DNA of 64,000 nucleotides from an uncultured Gammaproteobacteria bacterium (GTDB lineage Bacteria; Pseudomonadota; Gammaproteobacteria; JABCZS01): NCBI GenBank assembly GCA_963848305.1, contig CAWKDC010000001.1, positions 960,001 to 1,024,000 of the forward strand, read 5' to 3'. Shown piece by piece: positions 57,605 to 64,000 of this stretch (position 1 is its first letter; each line of letters starts with the position of its first letter). The notes under the pieces were generated by a model. It saw only the letters and a program-made list of their open reading frames with translations, ran no database searches and was not told where the DNA came from. The position numbers and the translations under genes were made by a program.

Positions 57605-59475
57605 ATCACCCCCTTGAAGTTGATCAAATATATATTGTCACCATCCCACAACCAATCGGAGGAACTGAATTGCGTCGCGTCAACATGTGATAGTGTTAAC
57701 AGCATGTTGCAGCGCTCCATTTGTAACGTTACCTTTTCATGAATATTTTCTGGCAATGATTTTAAATCAATTTTATCAAGCGTTTGGCCCGCGACATATT
57801 GCATAACCATATAAGATGTTAACGGAATATAGAAAAAACGTTTTTCAATCATCGCAAGCGGTTCAGGTGTTTTAATCCCGATACAATTCAAAAAAGCAAT
57901 ATTTTTCCATGCACGTCGTGCTTCCGAACTTTGTACAATATTTTTCAACAGTTGCAAGATTGATTCGCATGGATAACGCTTGATGACTACATCAGTCTTA
58001 CCGATGTTGGCTCTGGCTACGGTAGTGTTATTGAAAAAACTCTCAGGGAAACGCATCAAAGTTTGCGCATAAACATTTGCAAACTCACGCTTCGCAAAAA
58101 TGCACACATAATGACGTATTTTTGCATAATATCGTGTTGATCCTCGGCATGCTTTCGACAGGCACTTCCTCAAACGATATTCACGTGCATTTTCCAAGCG
58201 CTTTAAAAAATCTTTCTTAAAAGCATCTGACCAAACTTGGCCGCGGGTTTCGACATACAGGGGCAGCAATGCGAGATGTGTCTCATCGAGATCACGGTTC
58301 CATTGGGCATAAATAAGCGCAAGATTATCTAGAGCCTCATTTTCTGTGTGAAAGCTTCGAATAGAGCCGGGATCCAATACATGAATAGTCTGCTCTGTAT
58401 CCACCATAAAATTACCTAAATGTGCATCGGCTTGAAGCAAACCCTGATTGTGCATGTGTGCGATGGTTTTTATAAAACTTGGAGTTAAATCCTGTAGGGT
58501 GTGTCCATTGATGAAAGGTGTGATATAGCAACGATGCCTATCACTCCGAGCGATCACATTGCCCTTCATCTCTCGTTGATATTCTTTTTGCCGTACAAAC
58601 TGTTTATAAATCACTCGCTTTCCACGAAACATACCTGACAATACAATGCGCCGCCCCGTTAAAATGCGTAGACAAGCATCACTCTCGAAAATGTCGCCAT
58701 TGATATCAAATCGCTGATGAAAAACACCCACTTTATCGGGCCACTTTGGCTGATGCATTAACCATGGAATGTGACTCGGTGAGTTAAGATATGCTTTTTG
58801 ATAGAGGTTAATCGCCTTTTTTTGACAAGCATTTAATAAAGGAGATTCGATTTTCAAAGTATCTCGAAGTGGCTTATTAAAATACCGTTTCAAAAAACGA
58901 AAAATATCTCGCTGAGTCAAGCCCAGATCGAGCGATGAGAAAAGTAACGCTGACAAATCTTTTTCGATATAATGTTGCTTCAACAAAAGCGGCTTGAATA
59001 AGCGATGCAAATCAATCAGGGTGACTTTTTGGGAAGATGGATCCCAAAAAAAATGACAAATGTAGAAATCTCTGTGAAAATAGCCTTTAGTATGCAATGT
59101 TCTTGCAATATCAGCAATTTGATGAATGATGGATATTTTCTCAGCGCCTTTGGGTATCTTGAGTTCTAAGCTTTCCGCGCCCTCCAATGCTTCCATGAGC
59201 ACAAAGGATTGCATACCGCTTGCGCCGAACCCTTTCAGCGCAGGCGCGGGCACACCCAAAGTCTCACACATACGAAGCGCTTCCCACTCGGCTTTAGCCC
59301 CAGGGGAGAATATATCCCTGCGATAGCGTTTAATAAAATAGTGTGTTTTATCTAATAAAATGCGGACTGTCTCACGATCGCCCTGATGTCGATATACATC
59401 CCCTTGAATGTTCATCAGGGTTTCAAAAGGTTTCCCCCCTAAAATGTCACTGATCTCAGGGGAAAGTTTAAGCAT
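57601..59475 (-). CDS. Fused lipopolysaccharide kinase: WaaP-like domain plus two further Kdo/InaA-type kinase-like domains
   Basis: HRDFYICHF, LIDLHR and KDLSALLFS (WaaP-like). Second domain Q.DAHLGNF..LD. Third, degenerate domain VIKRY...ARRAW...TPEPLA. Confidence 0.82.
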   Translation of the reverse strand: MLKLSPEISDILGGKPFETLMNIQGDVYRHQGDRETVRILLDKTHYFIKRYRRDIFSPGAKAEWEALRMCETLGVPAPALKGFGASGMQSFVLMEALEGAESLELKIPKGAEKISIIHQIADIARTLHTKGYFHRDFYICHFFWDPSSQKVTLIDLHRLFKPLLLKQHYIEKDLSALLFSSLDLGLTQRDIFRFLKRYFNKPLRDTLKIESPLLNACQKKAINLYQKAYLNSPSHIPWLMHQPKWPDKVGVFHQRFDINGDIFESDACLRILTGRRIVLSGMFRGKRVIYKQFVRQKEYQREMKGNVIARSDRHRCYITPFINGHTLQDLTPSFIKTIAHMHNQGLLQADAHLGNFMVDTEQTIHVLDPGSIRSFHTENEALDNLALIYAQWNRDLDETHLALLPLYVETRGQVWSDAFKKDFLKRLENAREYRLRKCLSKACRGSTRYYAKIRHYVCIFAKREFANVYAQTLMRFPESFFNNTTVARANIGKTDVVIKRYPCESILQLLKNIVQSSEARRAWKNIAFLNCIGIKTPEPLAMIEKRFFYIPLTSYMVMQYVAGQTLDKIDLKSLPENIHEKVTLQMERCNMLLTLSHVDATQFSSSDWLWDGDNIYLINFKGVI

Positions 59476-60589
59476 GCTTTTTCCGCACAATCATTTCGAT
59501 TAAATTTTGTGCTGCTTCAACCATACTATACAAATCTTTTTTCAATCCAAACGCAATCCCTTGTGAACGCCAAGGCTCGGGTTCATTCAATAATTTTTCC
59601 AATGCCATTGTACATTCTTGAAGATCAAATGGGGAAGCCAACACGATACCCGCCTGCGATTCTTGAACATAATGCGCATACCCGCACGTATCGGTTGTTA
59701 ATACCGGCAACCCTGCTACTACCGCTTCAAGCAACACCATCCCTGCATTTTCGGCATAAGCGGGGTGAAGCAAGACGTCAGCTGTCCACAATAATTCAGG
59801 AATATCATTTCGTCCACCCAGGAAAAAGACTTTATCATCCAATTTCAATGCATTGAGCGTTTTCTGATAAGGTTTAGGATCGTCTTCACCAATAATCCAC
59901 ATTTGTGTATGTGTGAGTCGCTCTGGTGACAAATGAGACATCGCTTGGATCGCACGATCCAATCCTTTCGTTTTAAAACCTGATCCAATGAATAGGATTA
60001 ATTTTTCGTCGTCCTTCAATGAAAACCCTTCGCGCAAGAGTGCACGTTTTTCAACATAATCGATAGGCGCGCAACGATTCGGCTCAATCCCTGGGGGCAG
60101 CATATGAAAACGGGAATCAGGTGTGTGATAATGTGTTTGAAAATCCGTTTTTGATCTTTCATTGATCATGAGTACTTCTGTTTGCGCCTCAGCGCCAAAA
60201 ACGGCTTTTTCAAAAGCAGCATAGGTTCGATAGTGTGGTGTGCAACGATACAAAAATGAATGCTTTTGCGCTTTTTCCACAAAGCAAGGATCAGCGGCAT
60301 AATATACATCTAATCCAGGCATTTTGCTGAAACCAACCACCCCATCAAATGATTCTTTCGCGATGGCGGCCTGAAAATTGTCGACAAAACGTTTCACTTT
60401 TCCTGCATTTGTCATGCCCGAGGTGGGTAGTACAACAACATGAATGCCCTCGAGGTGTGGCCCAACCCATTCGCGTGTGAAAATCGTGACATCCATTCCA
60501 CCTTCGACACACGCTCTAGCAATGCGCACGCAATCTCGTTGCATACCACCGAAGGGGAAATATTCAAATAAACAAAAGGCAAGTTTCAT
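59468..60589 (-). CDS. waaG: LPS core glycosyltransferase, family 4 (WaaG/WapG-like)
   Basis: MKLAF.LF.YFPFGG.QRD, YYAADPC, GSGFKTKGLDR and HPAY.EN.G.VLLEA motifs. Confidence 0.88.
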   Translation of the reverse strand: MKLAFCLFEYFPFGGMQRDCVRIARACVEGGMDVTIFTREWVGPHLEGIHVVVLPTSGMTNAGKVKRFVDNFQAAIAKESFDGVVGFSKMPGLDVYYAADPCFVEKAQKHSFLYRCTPHYRTYAAFEKAVFGAEAQTEVLMINERSKTDFQTHYHTPDSRFHMLPPGIEPNRCAPIDYVEKRALLREGFSLKDDEKLILFIGSGFKTKGLDRAIQAMSHLSPERLTHTQMWIIGEDDPKPYQKTLNALKLDDKVFFLGGRNDIPELLWTADVLLHPAYAENAGMVLLEAVVAGLPVLTTDTCGYAHYVQESQAGIVLASPFDLQECTMALEKLLNEPEPWRSQGIAFGLKKDLYSMVEAAQNLIEMIVRKKHA

Positions 60590-61597
60590 TGTTCATGTTC
60601 CGATAACAAGGATTGAATTTGGGAGTATACGTGTGACGGTAGCATATCATTCATACATTTAAAATGTTGCAACGGGCAAACACGCTCAAAACAGGGACTG
60701 CAGGATAAGTGTAGATTCAATATACGCACTTTGTCTGACAAAGGCGGTGTAAACGTTGCACTGGAGGAACCGTATAATGCGACCATGGGTTTATCTAGCG
60801 CTGCACTCACGTGCATCAACCCTGAATCGTTGGTGACAACACCTGACGCACAAGACAATAAATCGATTGCATCAGCCAATTGCGTTTGACCGATTAAATT
60901 ACGCGCTCGCCCACCGCATCGCGCTTGAATCACTTCACCGAGAAAAGCTTCTTTGGCGGAACCAAATAGCCACACATCGTTTCCCTCATTGATTAAAATC
61001 TCTGCAAGATCACCAAAATATTCTGCTGGCCACCGTTTGGCAGAACCATATTCGGCGCCGGGACAAAATGCCCATACAGGACGGGTGGCAGATGTGGCGC
61101 CCGATCGATCAACACTCAATTGAGGACGAGGACATTCCAGTTTTGCAGGGACTTGATGACGTGGATACGCCAATGCCACGAAACGCTCGACCATTAATGG
61201 ATATTGTGCCGGATCCAAGCGGCGAATATCATTCAATAATCCAAAGCGACATTCGCCTATCCAACCAGTACGCACTGGGATGCCCGCAAGGAATGGGATG
61301 AGCGCAGATTTAAATGAATTCGGCAATACAATGGCTTGATCATATTTTGTCGACCGCAAGCGTTGTGCGATGGCAAACCGAGTTTTAAATTTCAATTCAC
61401 CGTGGCCAATCGGCAATTCAATGAATTCACGGATCTCGGGCATGCGCGCAGCCAATGGGCCACTGTGTTTCGGCGCCAACATGTCGATCTGAACAGCAGG
61501 GTACATCGTTTTAAGGACGCGAAAAAGGGACTGCGACATCACCAAATCGCCAACCCAAGCCAGCCACGATCAGTATTTGTGCAGGCTGTTGTGTCAT
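60586..61597 (-). CDS. waaF: Heptosyltransferase II, apparent 2-nt deletion near 61560
   Basis: ILIV(AP)AWVGDLVMSQ, LPNSFKSA, CPGAEYG.AKRWP and NDSGLMH motifs. ATG 61597 overlaps the upstream stop. Confidence 0.93.
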
Positions 61598-61794
61598 TTT
61601 TTATCTTCAACCATCTGAAAATCAGCGCTGCAGTACGGGCATTTCGCGCGACCTTGCTCGTCTAACGTCAAATAAACACGTGGATGACTATTCCATAGTG
61701 TCATATTCGGCATGGGGCAACAGAGCGGTAAATCTTTTGGCTTGATTTGGTACACTTTACTGGCATTCGCCAGGATTTTTGGTTCTGCAGTCAT
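61594..61794 (-). CDS. Zinc-finger (zf-CHCC) domain protein
   Basis: DLPL.CP....LWNSHPRVYL......CPYC. Commonly adjacent to waaF. Confidence 0.88.
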   Translation of the reverse strand: MTAEPKILANASKVYQIKPKDLPLCCPMPNMTLWNSHPRVYLTLDEQGRAKCPYCSADFQMVEDKK

Positions 61795-62221
61795 GGATGC
61801 CCCGTTAGTATTGCAACGCGGATCATTATATACCTCTCCTGGCTGAAGATGCAAACGCCTGTACTGCGTTGTGTGATTGTTGCCATTAAAAACATATTCA
61901 GCCTCATTTTTCATGTTTGAAGGGGATGGGCGACGCCTCTGTGCAACAAACCTCACGCCAAACGAAACTCTGTATCATACTGATTTTAAATTCCTTATTG
62001 GTCGCGCAATATCAGTTTCGCTGGCCGAAGATGGCCGAAGCTGCCATTTTCTGGACGCAGTTTCCCAAATAAGCTTAACTTGGTTTCTTACTTTTCATAT
62101 GGCAGAATATCGTCCCTCAAGCAGTCAATCCTCGCGTGGACGGTATATTCGTTTTTGGAGAGAAGTCATGTTTGAGATAGCCAGGCATAGCCTTGTTGCA
62201 TCCAATGCCCAGATCCTGTAT

Positions 62222-62291
62222 TCTTATCAGAGGTTATCAGAGATGAAGCCCGCTCGTCTCAATATTTTATTAAATAACAAGGAGTTATATC
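62222..62291 (+). repeat. Direct repeat copy 1 (23 bp exact core + IHF-like box)
   Basis: TCTTATCAGAGGTTATCAGAGAT at 62222-62244, then AACAA-NNN-GTTATATC ending 62291. Confidence 0.85.
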
Positions 62292-63728
62292 TTGAAAGCT
62301 GATTTGGACTTCTGGGAAAGCCTGATTCGCGATGCACTCCTTCACAAGGCAGAATACAATTTTTTGGACTTTAAAAAGCAGTTGTCAGAAGACAATGATC
62401 GCCTTAAGGAACACATCAATGCTTTTGGAAACTTAGAACGTGGCGGATGCTTTGTCCTCGGTGTAGACAAATATGTGCCAGTAGGCATCCCAGACGATTG
62501 GGATGAAGCCATTAAAAAAATAACCCATCTCGCCAAAAATGCACAGGAGCCAAGCCTTCATGTCAACAGTTTTCCATTAACAATGGATGGTAAAAAATTG
62601 CTCTGCTTGCATGTGCTTTCCGCAGAACCAAAACCTGTGTTTATTAAAGACCGCGCGCCGCTCGGCGGGCATGCTTGCTTCAAGCGCACTGGCTCTTCGA
62701 CTGTGCCAATGTCTATTCATGAAATTAAAGACTTGCTCAGCAACGCACAATCATTTTATTATGATGAGTCACCCCTCAATAATGCTGAATTTTCAGAGTT
62801 AGATCTGCAAAAAATTTCTAGTGTTATTCCTCGACTTGATGCCAAAGCAAGCTTTTCGGAAAAAAATATTTCTGTTTTATTGGATAATCGTATTTTAACA
62901 GGATCGAAAAAATTTCCAGAAATCACCCTCGCAGGATGGTTGTGTTTTGCAAAAGCGCCGCAAGAAATTCGCCAGCTGCGCAATGCATACATTGAGTTTC
63001 AAGTGTTTAGTGGCATCACTCGCGATATCCCCGTAAAAAAATATGAAATCAAAGGGACATTGTCTGAACAAATAGAACAATCTATTCTTATTTTGAAACA
63101 GTATATTTGGACCGTGCCTAAAATTCAGGGTATCAAGCGAGAAGATATCCCTGCTTACACGGATCTTGTCTTACGGGAAGTGATCACCAATAGCCTCGTT
63201 CACCGCGATTATAAAAAAATGCATCAACCGGTTAAAATTGCCCTGTTTAATAACCGAATTGAAATTGAAAATCCGGGTGGTTTGATGCCAGGGCTGACTG
63301 TGTTGAATCTCATTCACAAACGAGATTGGCGGAATCCTTTGCTCGCCGAACTCATGAAAAAATTTGGATTTGGAGAAATGGATGGGCAAGGCATTGATCG
63401 TCTTTATGCGCAAACGCTCGCGATTAAAGTACCACCCCCAGAACTGATTAATTTTGAAAATTCATTTAAGGTCATATTGTCTGCGCCCAAAGCGTATGAG
63501 CATTTTACACCCAAAGAAAAGCATTCGATGATGATTATTTTAGCGATTATGCAAGAATTCATCGACAATGAAAATGTTCGTCATTGTTTTGGCATTTCAA
63601 GTGAAAAGGCAAGCACCCTTATCAAGGCAATGGTCGCCGAGGGTATTTTAGAACCGAGCAATAGCAGCAGGAAATATGCCCAATACCGGCTGACTGCAAT
63701 TTACCGCGAAAAAGTGTTTGGGGCTTGA
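62292..63728 (+). CDS. Schlafen AlbA_2 domain + HATPase_c_4 + wHTH protein
   Basis: E...LDFK, I.AF.N..GG...LGV and KR.GSST (AlbA_2). LREVITN.LVHRDY, RIEIENPGGL, RNPLLA and G.GI.R (HATPase_c_4). Confidence 0.88.
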   Translation: MKADLDFWESLIRDALLHKAEYNFLDFKKQLSEDNDRLKEHINAFGNLERGGCFVLGVDKYVPVGIPDDWDEAIKKITHLAKNAQEPSLHVNSFPLTMDGKKLLCLHVLSAEPKPVFIKDRAPLGGHACFKRTGSSTVPMSIHEIKDLLSNAQSFYYDESPLNNAEFSELDLQKISSVIPRLDAKASFSEKNISVLLDNRILTGSKKFPEITLAGWLCFAKAPQEIRQLRNAYIEFQVFSGITRDIPVKKYEIKGTLSEQIEQSILILKQYIWTVPKIQGIKREDIPAYTDLVLREVITNSLVHRDYKKMHQPVKIALFNNRIEIENPGGLMPGLTVLNLIHKRDWRNPLLAELMKKFGFGEMDGQGIDRLYAQTLAIKVPPPELINFENSFKVILSAPKAYEHFTPKEKHSMMIILAIMQEFIDNENVRHCFGISSEKASTLIKAMVAEGILEPSNSSRKYAQYRLTAIYREKVFGA

Positions 63729-63741
63729 GGAATGGCAACAC

Positions 63742-63811
63742 TCTTATCAGAGGTTATCAGAGATAGAGGCAGCAACCCCCTGCATTTTTTTATAAAACAA
63801 TAGGTTATATC
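63742..63811 (+). repeat. Direct repeat copy 2
   Basis: TCTTATCAGAGGTTATCAGAGAT at 63742-63764, then AACAA-NNN-GTTATATC at identical spacing. Confidence 0.85.
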
Positions 63812-63888
63812 ATTTTTCGTACATTTGCTTTTCATGATTTATAACGGTTATAATGCTGGATTGACATATCCAATGGGGGAAGCCAGCG

Positions 63889-64000
63889 ATGATGAGTACA
63901 GATGCAGTTAAAAACCAGGGCACAGGCGAAACACTATTTCAACGTCATGCAGAGGCGATTGCGGGTGTACTCGAGAAAAATCAAGACGGTGGTGCCGCAG
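63889..64000 (+). CDS. Start of an unidentified CDS running off the window
   Basis: GGGGG RBS-like sequence, ATG 63889, frame open to the window end (MMSTDAVKNQG...). Upstream TTGCTT-18-TATAAT (63825-63854). Confidence 0.5.
   Translation, partial: MMSTDAVKNQGTGETLFQRHAEAIAGVLEKNQDGGAA

Noticed and set aside
61877-62302. 141 aa ORF upstream of the AlbA_2 gene
   Set aside because: TTG start without an RBS, no recognisable motif, and it runs across the repeat. It may be decayed DNA but cannot be assigned.

Overview
Chromosomal window from a divergent Gammaproteobacterium. The 16S signatures, mutH, coq7, Sel1 protein and large effector-like orphans are compatible with a Legionellales/Coxiellales/Berkiellales-like lineage, but that placement is inference. 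It begins with the 5' 1.3 kb of a 16S rRNA gene and its promoter on the minus strand. Core genes follow: hemF, ssb, uvrA, spoT, rpoZ, gmk, yicC, rph, xth, pyrE, folA-thyA-lgt, mutH, pit, coq7, ispG, rdgB, hemW, pyrB-ruvX-yqgE and a heptose LPS-core cluster. Accessory DNA is interspersed: (i) an ~8.8 kb insertion between gmk and rpoZ with AbiEi/AbiEii, a ~2,070+ aa LRR-like / Cys-His-Asp transglutaminase-like / midasin-type multi-AAA protein with a probable membrane anchor, tRNA-Lys(CTT) and a RhuM remnant; (ii) a Sat-CysC + two sulfotransferase + GT4 sulfation module; (iii) a BrnT-like TA pair; (iv) an XRE antitoxin-like gene preceded by an operator-controlled ~150 nt structured non-coding transcript instead of a toxin; (v) a Schlafen/AlbA_2 ATPase gene bracketed by ~70 bp direct repeats; (vi) scattered GTAG-type REP palindromes and decayed gene remnants. 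About a dozen 1-2 nt frameshifts, several in homopolymers and in conserved genes, most likely reflect long-read consensus errors rather than pseudogenisation.
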